From Takakia lepidozioides (Eukaryota; Plantae; Bryophyta): a DNA stretch of 64,000 nt. The stretch spans positions 15,748,001-15,812,000 of the forward strand of contig CM060731.1 of the NCBI GenBank assembly GCA_030704615.1, given 5' to 3'. How positions within the stretch are numbered: the first letter of the stretch is position 1; each line of letters starts with the position of its first letter. The translations under genes were made by a program, and so were the position numbers. A model generated the notes under the pieces. The model made no database searches and was not told the origin of the DNA. It saw only the letters and a program-made list of their open reading frames with translations. Shown here one piece after another: positions 20,746-34,289 of the stretch.

Positions 20746-23700
20746 CCAGATGGATCAATAGCTACAAGAAACCTGCATGGGTAGATGGTGACTGGTCAAC
20801 TAGAAGCTGCAGCAGCAGCGGCACAATGATAAACTCAGGCACTGGTAATGAAAGCACCTTCTTCAACACATTTCACCCTCTTTTTCCCTCTTATCAGAAT
20901 CGGCCCTAAATTTTCATGTTGAATTCTGCAAGTTAGCTGGTTGAGTGAGCCTTTGATAGTTTGGAGCGACTTTGACATGGTACTGCCAATGTGACAACAG
21001 GGAAGTATCCAAAAACAGGTAACAGCTGAGACGAGGAGAAGCTGTGGAATGAATATTTTTTTGACCCCAGTCAATGGTGGGACAACCGAGGTAAAAACTT
21101 TATGAACTTAAGGCGTGAGTGGCTGATTGTTTCATTTCGAACCTGATATGCTTTGAGCCTGGTTCCGGAGATTTATCTCCAGACCTGCAATCTGCTTTTG
21201 TGATGAGTTTATAATTTGCATATATGGTGGTAAATGTTATATATCAAACCAAGGTTCTTTCCTAAATGTGAATGACCTGGAAACCTTGTTAGAAGATGAA
21301 TGGCTTATGAATTGGACTATGTATGGCTTGACCCATGGATTAAATTTCAAAGGGTTAGAACATGTGTTAGGGTTTTAATACTGAATGGATGTGGGACATT
21401 GCTAGGGCGTCAGAGCATGACATTCCATGCATTCACGCCATTGGATGCCAAACTTTTTTTGGCACGTTGGACCAAGGTTTGTAGCATTCACAACTGCCGA
21501 CCTTGCTCGTTGCCCGGTTGACCTTATTTTCCATAATTGCTAACTTTGTGGGCCTTGTGTTAGGCTGCAACTGGAGGCACCTCTCCATGCAACAGTTTTC
21601 GTACTAGAGGTGAGCATGCATGCACCTGTTGGCTATCAGTTCTGTACAATGTGGCCATTTACATGTTGGGTACTTCAAACTATTAGTAGATGCATTGCTA
21701 AATGTAACTGCTAAGGGGTGTTGGGCGTGATGTTTGCAGGCTGAGAAAACCACTCTTGATATTGTCACCGACCGTGCACCAACTACGGCGCCTTTAAAGG
21801 CAACCCCCAAATATCAACCCCCTGCCACAGTGGCAAATATTCTTATGCAACCAAAGTACTCTGCATTTTGAGTGATTGCTTATACTCACTACCAGAGATG
21901 AGCGTTTTTAGGACTACGGGTTTGGCGGAGTCATAAAAACTGCACTAGGTACATGACTACAGAGCGCTGAAATGCATTACAGTTTTAGTTTTATGACTTT
22001 GTAGTAATGGATATCACTACATGACTCCGGAAAGTTAGGGAGCATTGGTCAAACATTGTTGACCATGATGACAGGGATGGTTTATATGACTAGTGTGATA
22101 TGTTTGACTACACGTGGACGACGTTTCATGGAATCTTATGACTCCATGACTGAAGATGGTTTCAGAGCTCTATTTATACGACTACATCACTACACGTGTC
22201 ATTTTGAAGGCACATATAATGCAAATAAGGTTGCCCATTAGGTTTAAAAAAGTTAAAAAAATTGCTAATAAGGTTGCCCATTAGTGTAATCGTGAACAGA
22301 AAGGAGGGCTGGGACTTGGCGTCTTTTTGTCTCCTGCGCCACACCACATAGCTGAGGGATGGAACGCGATGATAGCAGGATATGCAGGGGCGTGGGATGG
22401 AGGCGTTGAGCAAATGATGCACGAAGGAGAAGAGGAGGAGGAGACGAGACGAGGACAAGCGAGCTCGCCGTTCTTGGGAGAGTCAGCTTGGTCTTAGCAA
22501 GCGTGTTTCAATCTCTGACTACTCATCTACGCCGTAGTGGTTCGATCTGACAGACCAATCCGACATTACCTGACTACAGACACAAGCAGCACACACAAGA
22601 GGTCATCGGTCAAATCCTCCATGGGTCAGGACAGGTCAAGGACAATGTGGTAGGGCACCTTCTTCTTCAACCTATTTCAGCCTGTGTTGCCCTCTCATCA
22701 GACTCGGCCGCAAGATGCATATTGAATTCTGTAAGTTAGGTCGTTGGGTACATCTGTGGTGGTTTGGAGTGACTTTGGCAAGTTACTGCCAGTGTGGCAG
22801 CAGGGAAGTATCCAAAAACATATAATAGAGGTGAGGAGAAGCTTTGGGGTGAACACTTTCCGACCCCAATGGTGGGACAATGGAGACAAAAAGGCGAATG
22901 CCTGTTGGACTACAGAGAGAAGCAGATGCATTTCAGATTGTGATAAGTAGGGTTGGGGTGTTTTGGGGAAGAACTCCACACCAGTATGGTTGGGGTGTTT
23001 GCTGGTAGAATTGTAGGCTGTCAGAGGCATGGATAGCTGAAGGAGCAGGGATAGAGTGTGGGTCCACATTCATCCAAGAGGGCTGGATTTCAAGCTCCAC
23101 ATTACCTATGATTCCCTGTGGAAGGATAGGTACAAGAAACCTACATGGGTAGATGGTCAACTGGAAGCGGCATGCTGTACTATATGTCATTACTGTACTA
23201 TATGTCATTCCAGAGACTGTCATTGTTGGTCCATGTGTTTTACAACAATGCTATCAATATAAGACTCCTGGTTCGCATTGGAAGCTCAATCCCTGCAAGT
23301 TCATTGTGTGTGAAGCTCAAACTTGCGATTTGAAGGATCTTGTAGCCAAGTTCATTCAACCGGAAAGGAGAAATTCTGAAAGCTCCCAAATTTGATGTGG
23401 GCAAGCTTATGGAGGTAAGACTTAGCTTCCCTCCTCTAATGTAAGTGTTGGATAAGTTTCATTTAGTGTCGACCTTCACTGCATATATTGGCTCTTTTCT
23501 TGGCTGGTTTCATATTTTCTTGGCTGGTATGCTGTTGGTTGGCTTCTTTCATTTCACGTGTGTAGTGGAAGGGGAGAAGTACTTTCCTAAGTTCTGCTGC
23601 AACAATGTCTTTTTCCAGCCTAGATGTTTTCGATGGATACAAATTGAAGTGTTTTGAATGTTGCTGCAATACTATAATAAAGTGGAGGGTGCTGAATGCA

Positions 23701-24524
23701 GTTGGCCTTGCTTCGTGCAGGCATAATCCAGGGAAATGTGGACATAGCTGAAACCCCATGATAGCATTTCCAGAGGACGGTGTGGATGGCCTCACAATCC
23801 AGCATGCAAAATCCATGACAATGTGGAGCTGGCTGAATGGGCAAACAGGTTAAGTGGCGAACAAGCCACGTCACTGGTACATAGTTGCATGCTTACATAG
23901 TACATGAAAGCGTACTATATGTCATTCCCGAAATTGACCATGTTGGTCCATGTATTTTACAACAATGCTATCAATAAAAGACCAATGGTTCGCATTGGAA
24001 ACTCTATCCCCGTAAGTGGCTTGTGCGTGATGCTCAAACTTGTGATTTGAAGGATCTTATACCCCAGTTCATTGCAGAGGTCATTGGAAAAGACATTGAG
24101 AAGGCAACAGCCGTTATCTATAATCTACAGATCCCCTTCAATTTGATGTGGGAAAGCCGGCTGGCTGGAGGTCTAGTCTCACTTTCACTCATCTAATGTC
24201 AGTGTTGTATCCATTGCAATGTGGAGATGTTTGAAACAACATTGGAGCATTTCCAGAGGATGGTCTGGATGGCCTTTCGTGGCGTGTGCCGAATCCATGG
24301 CAAGAAAACATTGCAGGCAGAACCCATGGCAATGGTACCAGCACGGGTTGGTCCAAAGCCAATTGCAACAACAAATGAATAAAGGGTGCTGAAAGGAAAG
24401 CACTCCATAATTGATCATAAAATCCAGTGTCCAAGCATGATATCTTAATGGGAATGCGAAGGGAGTGTTACCACCTTAAACTATCATGCATGGTCTATAA
24501 CTGGAGTGCACAAATCGCGCATAT

Positions 24525-27500
24525 CTAATCTTCATCATCCTCATCTATGTCTGGGTCACTACATGTATCATTGTCTTCATCACAGACTTCATCTTCTCCA
24601 AGGGTTGGCTGAACATCATCACCACGTATACGGGGTGCTCGGAGGTACAAGGAGGCCACCTGCTCTGGAGTAACCGGTACCGCTCGGCTGCATGTTGGGC
24701 CATCAGTAACCACAGTCTCCTCTAGTCTTTGTGGGGCTAACAATCCTTCCACTTCCGCCACATCATCATTATCAATTGATATGTCGCAGACCACTCTACG
24801 TGCTCGGGGGCTCTTCTCCAGGACGACTTTCCACCCCGGCTCACACAATCAGAAAAAAACACTTGATCAACCTGGCCAGGAAACACAAAAGGTTGCTCAG
24901 AAGGTGGAAGCATACGGTTAAAATTGACAAGTGTGAAGCCAGCATCATCCTGCTTCATTGACATAGGTTGACGACCCACGCGACTCGCCCGTACCCACGA
25001 ACACAAAAACACTATAGGCTGTGTTTGGCCATAGTCAATTTGCAAAATCTCCCTTATAAGACCCACATATCTTGTAGGTTCCTCCATGTCATTGCCTGAA
25101 TTGTTGGTAATGGGCTGGTGCTGGAAAACAGATGAGACTCCACAATCAAAAGACACCATACTTGTTGTGTTCATGCCGGGGGATGTAACCCTGTAATGGT
25201 TACCATACGCTGTCATACTCTTGAATGACAGGGCAGTAAATGATGGAGGCCTTGAAAGATCCAGTAATTCCTCACGTGTTGTAGGATCAAGCCCATCTGA
25301 TTGAATTGAGAGATGATCCCGTACACCTTGAGGGAGCCAAACAGCAAATGGAGGACAAGGATGCAAATCAGGAGGGTACTGAATTGCCGTGGGATTGCTC
25401 ATGCCTTCCAGCCCTTGCTCCTCACGAAACAAGCGTCGTCTGGCTTCTATCCGTGTGGACTCTGCTTCATATATCCTGTCACAATCCGAGGGTCAGCCAG
25501 GAGATTGACAGAGGTGGCGTGGGAGATTTGAAAAGACGCCATATGCCAACTAATGATAAATGACTAAAACTTGGAAATCTGAATGTCAATGAAGTAGATT
25601 TCTTACCCCAACATGACTGATAGACGAGGATGGTTCTGAATGATGTACTCATGTACAATATCACACAGGTCATTCAATTTTCGGGCTTTAGAACTTCCTT
25701 CCACAACTTCACGTTCCACAGATTCTGCCTCATCTGCATCCCACACCCTTCGTACACTTCCATCAAATCCTGCCATATACTCTGTGCAAAAACCCAATGC
25801 TTCTTCAAATTGGTATCCTTCTGCCATGCTCCCCTCGGGCCTTGCCATGTTTCTTACGTAGCCCTTCATATCTTTCATTGCCCGCTCCATGGGGTACATC
25901 CAACGAGATGCTACGGGCCCGCATAAGTACAACTCATCCACTAGGTGAACAACCAGATGTGTCATCACATCAAAAAATGATGGTGGGAACTCCTTCTCTA
26001 TAAGACACAGAGTGAGAACTGCTTCAGTTCTCAATTCCTCATACTCTACAGGATTCACCACTTTTGCACACAACTTCTTAAATACACGACATACTCGCAA
26101 AATGGCCCTTCGAGGACCACTTGGCATGAGCCCACGGATAGCAAGCGGTATAATTTGCTGCATGAGCACATGATAGTCATGTGATTTCATGCCTGACAAC
26201 TTCTTCTTCACCACATGCTTTTTGAAAGCTGATGCGTAGCCTGTTGGCACTTTCAAGTTCTGCACAATCTCCAGAAAGACTTGTAACTCAGCCTCAGTGA
26301 GGACATAAGGGGCAGGAGGCATAATTAACGTATCTGCTCTGTCAGGATCACGTTGTAGCCACAATTCCGGGCGCATCCCAAGTAGCTCCAAATCACGGCG
26401 AACTTTCAATGTGTCTTTCTCACCAAAGATAGTTTTAATAATATTTTCAGCCAAGTTCTTCTCGCAATGCATTGCGTCAAACGTGTGGCGGATGAGGAGA
26501 CCCTACAAAATGAACACATAAGCAATTGAGCATTTACTCATCACAATTTAAACAGAAAACGCAAAAATGTACACAGCCAATTTAAAGGCCATGAAGGAAT
26601 TACCTCCCAATAAGGTAAGACATATAAAATTGACAATCGCTTAACTCCATGAGTTTTTGCTGGGTCTGTCCTGCTATCTGGCGTCCCTCCGTTTTCCACC
26701 CATGCAGTGCGAGCTGTTGCAAGGTCCTTGATTTGTGTTCCAGTCTAGTTCCATGCTCAGTAGCGCCATTGAACATTCTTGACCTTCTATATGGATGATT
26801 GCGGGCCAAAAATCTTCGGTGGCCTAGGAAAACAATTTTTCCACATGTGTGTAACTGCTGTGAAGTCACCCCGGGTCCACAAGCTGGACAACCAGCATAA
26901 CCTTTCGTCACTTGACCTGAGAGCAAGCCATATGCAGGGTAGTCATGGATTGACCACATCAACACTGCCCTCAGTGTGAATTCGCGTTGACCACGAGGAC
27001 GGGAAACATCATGAGCTGCAATCCCTCTCCATAGTTCCAATAGCTCTTCCACTAGGGGCATCAGGTAAACATCTACGTTGTCCGAGGTAACAGACTCCTT
27101 ACCAGGAATCAGTAGCGCTAACATGACAAAGAACTTTTTGGTCATTAACCACGGAGGCAGATTGTAATTGACCAAGAGAACGGGCCATGTGCTCCAACTT
27201 GTGGATTGAGCTCCGTAGGGATTTACACCGTCTAAGGCCAATCCAAATCGCAGAGATCGTGGCTCTGCAGCAAAATCCGCAAATGTGGTGTCAATGTGTC
27301 TCCATGCTTTGCTATCAGCTGGATGTCGAACCAACCCATCCTGGCTCTTATGTCTGTCGTGCCATGTCATGAGGTTAGCGATCGATTTACATCGGTACAT
27401 ACGTTTCAACCTTGGAATGACAGGGAAGTGTCGCAATACTTTCTTGGGCACACTTCCACGACCTGGAATGTAACGGGAACTGCGGCACACTGGGCAAATG

Positions 27501-28656
27501 TCTACATTCTCATACTCCCCACGGAAGAGTACACAACCACGCTCACAGGCATGAATCATCGTGTACTGCAATCCCATCTTGGCAATCATGGTTTTTGCTT
27601 CATAGTGAGTTTTCGGCAATGAATTCTCTTTAGGCAAAAAACTCTTACGCAACAATCCCAGAAGCTCATCCACAAATGCATTGGTGCACTTGTGGGTAGT
27701 GCATGCGTTCAGCAACGTCAAAGTTGCTTGCAGCCGGCTGATGGAGCACCCTTCAAAAAGTGGACATTGCGACGCTCGAGAGTTTATCATACTCGGGATC
27801 AACGTGCAGGTGAGCATTCTCATCAAATTCATTGTCTCCGGAATCGTCGAGATCATCGTCATGATCGGCAAATGTGTGATCGGTTCCACCATGAATGGGG
27901 TCCTCTCTGTTTGCATCTGCAAAGAGAAACGCTTCCTGCAATGCACGCTGCATTTCTACCTCCAATCCACCACTCTCATCTGCGTTCTCTGTGACATTGG
28001 GCTCCCGCTGTGCCGCAGGGCCTTCGTCTTCATCATCTGAATATTCACATCCCTGCATCCCAATAGTCATCTTGTGAGTGGACCAACAACGATGTGACAC
28101 TTGTTCATATTATGACATAGGAGGCATGACGTTGCAGTGATGCAGTCATATTTACGTATGTATCTTATGAATATACACCCAATCAAAACACGACATTTGT
28201 AACCATTGAAGTCATAGTTGCAGTCACTTACTTAGTCATATATGACTACATGACTACACATGACCAATGAAAACACGACATGTGCATTAATTAAAGTGAT
28301 AACGGAAGTGGCGTAGTCATACTCACGTCTGTATCTTATGACTTCTTGACTACAATCACCCAACGAAATGTCGACATGTGGAGAAGAGGATCGTTGCATT
28401 CAAAATTCAAACTAAAGTGCTGAAGGGAAAGTGACGATCTTACCGGAAGAGAACAGCGTTGGAGAAGAGGATCCCTCCCGTGTATCATGTAATGATTCCT
28501 CACTGTTTCCAACAAGAGTACTTTTCCTCCATGACACTCATCGCAGTTGCATAGCATTTTTGTATGCCCATTCCTTGTGGCATAAGCTTCTTCCATTCGC
28601 CATAGACGGTCATCTATTCTACGCCTACGCATCCGTTCGCCACCTGCACTGTACAT
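24525..28656 (-). pseudogene. CACTA Tnp2/TnpD transposase (transposase-associated, Transposase_21, DUF4218 and DUF4216 regions); spliced, with frameshifts
   Basis: MLCNCDECHGG...HYMIHG; IHACERGCVLF, ALDGVNPY, YNLPPW, HDYPAY; MHCEKN, MKSHDYHV, RWMYPMER; EQPFVFPGQVDQVFF. Confidence 0.92.
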
Positions 28657-29142
28657 GCTTTGAACGTCACCCCTTCCCTCTTTGCATGCTACGCACAGTG
28701 CATTGTCTCTAGTTTTGCACCAGCTGCCAATGTGCTATTTCTATATCTATAGTATACTATAAGTATCGTTTCTGAGTGTCCATGGTGAAGCGGAAGGTCT
28801 TCGAAGTGACAGTCCCTCTCACTGAGTACGAGAAGTTCCGAGAGCGCCGGATTGCTGCCATAAAGGAGGTGGAAGCAACGTTCAAGCAGTCGATAGATGG
28901 GTGAGTTTAGTTCCTGACTTTGGATACCCACCCACTAAACTTGCGATTTGCCTTATCCTCTAACCTTCCTACAGCGATCATAAGCTTCATAGCACAAATG
29001 GGGGCGAGTAGCTGCGACTTGTACAAACAGAGAGGCAAACAACATGCAGTGAGTGACGATTAGGTTTGAGGAGGGTGTGTCATTAGGCGGGAGATGTCCG
29101 CCGTCATTCGTGGCAGGCATTACGTCCTGGTAGGGTGCGGCT

Positions 29143-32100
29143 GTGGTTCAGCGTAGGCTTAAGAGTATTAGGGTATGTATGCTTACATTTGTTTGTGATT
29201 GTTTGAGAGGGAGGTCATGGAGGTGTTTGTGCAGGCTTGCGGGAGCGAATCGCCCTCGCAAGCCACGCGCTCCGAAGGAAAAAGGTAGGGATCAAGGTCC
29301 TGCAAGGCAAAGTGCCAGACTGAAGACGATGAAGACTACGATTCTGCATGAGGGCTCTTCTGAGGACGATGAGGACGATCCACTCCTCCCACGCCAGTGC
29401 GAGGCGAGTGCGTCGTCGGCGGATGCCACGGCAAGCCGAGGAGAACATGCCCATGCTCATGTCGCAGGACAAAAACGCCCATCATCTACACTACGAACAC
29501 CTTCTCCGTCTGTGAGTTATAGTTCTTCACAATGACCATGATTCTAATTATGTATGTTTTTGGTAAAATCACGAAGAGATAGGGTATGTCTGTCAAGACA
29601 GGGAAGTTGGACAATGCAGGGGTCAGCCAAGGCACAATCACAAATGATTTCCACTAGACAAGTTGAAGTGCCAAAGGCATGATGTCAGGCCAATGTAGAC
29701 TTCAGGTGTGTTCAAATTCTTTGCCCCATGAAACCAACGTCCTGGTACTAAGCTACAATGGCTACTTATAGAGATACTTGGGTTACTTATGCACCCAGAA
29801 TATCAGTAAAACTTGGAGGGATACTTCTCATGGACCCATCAGGTTTGTCCATTTGAATTCTTGCTATGGATTTCAGGAACACCCCATACCTAAGAGGGCT
29901 CAAAAATGTACTGGGAGGACATCATTGGGGCCAATCAAATTTGGGAGATTTACTGCCCAAGATCATACTGAGTTTTGGGTAATCTTGTCTTTACAAATGA
30001 TATGTGCTTCAGTTTGTTTTGCCTGAATTCAAGGATTTGCTGCTTGCTGCCTATATGTATGTGTAATCACCCACATTGTACTGGGGGAATTTCTTTTCAG
30101 GGCAAGCACAAGCGCACTGGATCCACGATCCCTGCTGCTAGCAATGGAGATGGCGCCCACAAGAACGCAGGAGGTGGCCCTAACTCTCCCAACGTTGTGG
30201 GTTCTGTGCCACCAGTACCCCCACCTTATTATGGTATGCCTCAGTACCCACAGTCTGGCACTCAGTATGGTCAGGGTCAATATGGTGCTCCTCCATATGG
30301 GCAGTATGGCCAGTATCCTCCTCCACCATATTTGCCACCCCCTAATAGCTATGGGGGTGGCAGGCCACCGGAATATCCTCCTGCTTATGGACAGTATGGC
30401 CAGTATGGTCCTCGGCCTTCTGGCCAACAACCATGGCCACCAGTCCCTACTTGGCAGGATCCTGCTTTGAATTCTCCTGAGCGCACGGAGGTCTCTGAAG
30501 GAGGGGAGGGTGCCGTTTCAAAGAATGATAGAACCAATGCTTTAAGGAGGGCTAATAGCTCAGCCAAAATTGAAGCTGCCAAGGTCAAGGAAGAGAGAAT
30601 AGCTGCAGGTCTTCCTCCCACGGTGATTTTGACGAACCTCAAAGGAGCCCCGTATGGTCAGACCCGGAATGTATGGCACGCTGCCCTTAAAGGACAGGCT
30701 TATCGCAAGCTAGATTGTTCCCTTGCCATCAACAACCAACCTGATGAAGTTGTATACGAAATCAGAGATCACCTGGCTAAGCTATTTTCATATACGCCGC
30801 ACGAGTTAAAAGACTTCCACCTAAAACAAACAATTGGCAGAATAATGAAGAGCCAGCGTTATGAAGCACACACTGCGTGGTTGGGTGGTAAGGGGAAACC
30901 CATTACTGTATCTGACGAGGTATGGAACAAGCTTGTAAGTTACTGGCAGACAGAAGTGTTCCACAAAGTGTCGGGCAACATGAAGAAGGCAAATGGTGCA
31001 ATTCTGAATCCTACCAAGACTGGCCGTGGTGGGAAGGCAATGGTGGAAGCACGCTTGGTAAGTGGCATCATCACGACTCTGTATTTTGTTCCTCATTGAA
31101 TTGCTATGTGTATATAGTCAGCCCTCACATTGCTTACTGACTTGTGGCATGGGTTTGTTTGTGGCATGGATTAATTTGTAGGAAACACTATCAGGGTGCC
31201 CTCCTACATTATATGAAATTCAAGAGGGTTCAGTGTCACGGTTGTCAGCTGGGAGTGACAGGCGGGTAAGTGTGTTTTCCACGTTTGCTAGAGTGGTTGC
31301 TGCATCATAGGTTGCTAGGGTTTTTTTCACGGCTTTTGGCCTGGGTTTTCTTTCCAATGGTTGTTCATGCTAGGTTTTTTTGGTTTGATTCATACTTGGG
31401 CAAGTTTTCATGGATTGGCAGGAGGGAAGTCTCGCATATTCTACAGTAGTTGGCAAGATGGATGGCTTGGACAAACTGGTGGAATCACAAGGACGTGACA
31501 TGGCAGAATTAAAATTACAGATGCAGAGTATACCAGAAAGCCATTGTGACCAGATTGGGGATTAATCTACCAGGCGCAGGACCAGTGACATCTACGATGG
31601 ATACGTCTGCTGTGACAGTATCAAAATGTTTGGAATCCCAATTTCAGACGGTAACTGGTGCTCACTCTAAGCCCTTATGTCTTCCTGTCACTGATGATCT
31701 TTTGAATTTGACCGAGCAGCAGCAGGATACAGGGAAGGCCAGCTGTGAGGTACACGTGGAAATTCAGCCCTTGCCACGTACAAAGGCAGTAGCAGTCCAG
31801 GGGGCAATGGTGACAGAGCCGCCGGGCACACCGGATTCTGGTATGCAGGTATGTGGGAGTTTAGATGGGGAGGAAGATGCAGACGGGGACAAAACAAACA
31901 AGCAGGTTGCTTTAATTTCTCCTGCTCACATGTTGAAGCCAAATGTCAGTTTACTTTCTGGACCAACGAGGAAGCATTTACTAATTCTGGACTTAAATGG
32001 TCTGTTATGTGAATCTTTTCATTCTGCTAATGGGCCTGCATCCCTTCCCAAAGGTTTTGTGGGGAAGATGTGTGGCAAGAAGATGGTAGTTTTGAGACCA

Positions 32101-33286
32101 CGCTGTTATGACTTTTTGCAAAAGTGTTTTGAACACTTTGAGGTGGCGGTGTGGTCTTGTTGCCAAGCTCGCAACTTCTTCCCAATGGTGGACTATATTT
32201 TTGCAACCCACACTAACCTGGTTTTCCAGTGGGATGCCCTTCACTGTGACGAGGATCCAGTCCTCCCATGCCGTAAGGGGTCTGATTCAAAGCCATTATA
32301 TTTCAAGAACTTGTCTACAGTGTGGGCAGACTGGCCAGAATGGACTTATGAGGACACTGTTCTTGTTGACGACACACCAAGGTGCAACCGGATTCACCAA
32401 CTGATGAGTATCTAACAGAGGTGTTGTGGCCTTTCTTGTGGAAGGCATCGAAAGCTGCCAGTATTCCCAAGTTTTTGGAGTCTTAGCCTGTTTTCGGACA
32501 ACAACCATACAACACTGCTAATGTGAAGGTACAAACATTCTGACAGTGCTCCAGAGGCTACATTTTTGTGGATTCATTCATTGCATTGCTTTCCTGGATG
32601 CTTCTCCTCGGTTGCTTGATTAATGCTAGGTTTTCTTTGCAGCTTTTCATGTTGGCTTTTTTTGTTTGATTCATACTTGGATTTTGTTTCTATTCACTAT
32701 TCATGTTTGCTCATTGCTTTCCTGGTTGATCTCTGGTCTGTGACACATGAACTTGTGACAAACAAAGGTGATATTGTCGACAAGCCGGTACAGACGAGGG
32801 GCAAGAGTGTCGACCCGGCGAGTAGCCCCCCAAAAGAGGTCTCACCACCACTGGAGACTGCAAATGGAGTAAGTCCAGGCCGTTGTCTTGTCTGTTATTC
32901 CAACCTTGGGGCTCTCTTTAACTCGCAAATGTTGAGTGTCCTAGTCGTGTGTATGTCATGGGTTTTCACATCGTGTTCTTTTTTGTGTGGAGTTGGGATC
33001 ACAGTTCAGGGTGGGTGACGAGGTTCGGCTGTTGGATGTGAACTCCAAACGCAAGAAATGTGGAGTAGGGCTGATTGTTGCTCTTCAAGGTGATGTGGTG
33101 GGTTACGGGTACCCTGCTGTGCCCATTGATTATGCCTGTGTGTACATCAAAGAGGCATGTGTCAGTAACACCCCTCTACCATATGTGAATGGTGTTAGGA
33201 AACAGACCGAGTTAGGGCAGGTGGTTGGCCAGACAACACTTTGGAGTCTAAAGTTACTGAAACTTATGGAGCTGCGGAAGGGATAG
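29143..33286 (+). pseudogene. CACTA accessory TnpA-like multi-exon gene: Pro/Gly/Tyr-rich region, Transposase_24-like domain, coiled coil, FCP1/NIF HAD phosphatase domain, Transposase_23 (TNP1)-like C-terminus
   Basis: VSDEVWNKLVSYWQTEVFHKVSGNMKKAN...TGRGG; LLILDLNGLL...LRPRCYDFLQKCFEHFEVAVWS...FKNLSTVW...TVLVDDTP; PLPY...TELGQVVGQTTLWS; GT-AG junctions near 31057/31182 and 31265/31421; apparent frameshifts. Confidence 0.75.
31970..32490 (+). other. FCP1/SCP-like (NIF) HAD phosphatase domain inside the CACTA accessory gene
   Basis: HAD motifs DLNGLL, VWS, K in FKNL, and VDD; C-terminal helix DEYLTEVLWPFLWKASKAASIPKFL follows in a shifted frame. Confidence 0.8.
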
Positions 33287-34289
33287 TCAGTATTGCACTG
33301 TTTAACAGAGTTCTTGATTCTAATAGCACTAGAACATACTAGCTACAACAATTCAGCCCATGTGTGGGCTTGCTTGTTTTTGGCTGGGCCTTTTGAGGCA
33401 TGGATTTTTTGACCTTGTGGCTTTTGAGGTGTCCATTGGGATATTGGTCTCATTTGGATTTTTGTGATGTGATTTATAGGGCTTGTATTGCCCTGTAGTT
33501 GACTATTTTCATTCTCCTTGTGGTTGATAGTATGCAGGAGGGATCCATTCTGTTTTCATGTTGGAATTTCACCATGTAATGAAGATTTTAAATCATTTAA
33601 TTCACTTTCATTTTAAATAATAATATTAAAATAATACCATTAAAAAAAAATCCAAGGCTGCAATCTCCCTGTTCTTTTAAATATTAAATGAAAACTAAAA
33701 ATTAAAATATGAACATTAAAAATATAAACTATTTCGGAAAACAATCTTGATGACACGTGGCATCACTCTTGCTCAAACCAGAACACGTGGCAGAATATGA
33801 CATGACATTCTTTATCCATATTTTCACCACGTGTAAAGATCCGTAGTCATATATGCTAGTCATATATTTTGTCTGTGTGCCACATGTTACATCTCAAGTG
33901 CAACAGGTGTCCCGCTAATATCTCTCCATGTAGACATCCCTGTAGTCATATAAGCGAGTCATGTAGACACCACGTGTGAAATCTGCCATAGCACACGTGT
34001 CTCGCTAGCGCCTCTCCATGTAGGCATCACTGTGCAGACATGTAGTCATATGATCATGGCAAGAAGTCGTGACATGTCAAATTCGCAGTGGCGCACGTGT
34101 CCATCCGTCGCCTCTCCATGTAGGCATCACTTTGCAGACATATAGTCATATGATCCCCTGACGAATGCATGACGTGTCGCTTGCGCAGTGGCGCACGTGT
34201 CCCGCTGAAGCCTCTCCATGTAGGCAGCGCTCAACAGACAATGTAGTCATATATTAGTCATATAGTTGTGACTGCAACCCTCTCTGCAG

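Larger units (their letters stand above)
21887..34270. mobile_element. Large CACTA (En/Spm) element with divergent Tnp2 and TnpA-like genes; right TIR missing
   Basis: Starts CACTACCAGAGATG at 21887; atgactac subterminal repeats on the left, inverted gtagtcat repeats in about 100-bp units at 33840-34270; host-like sequence interrupts at about 22290-23170; abuts a 5'-truncated copia. Confidence 0.8.
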
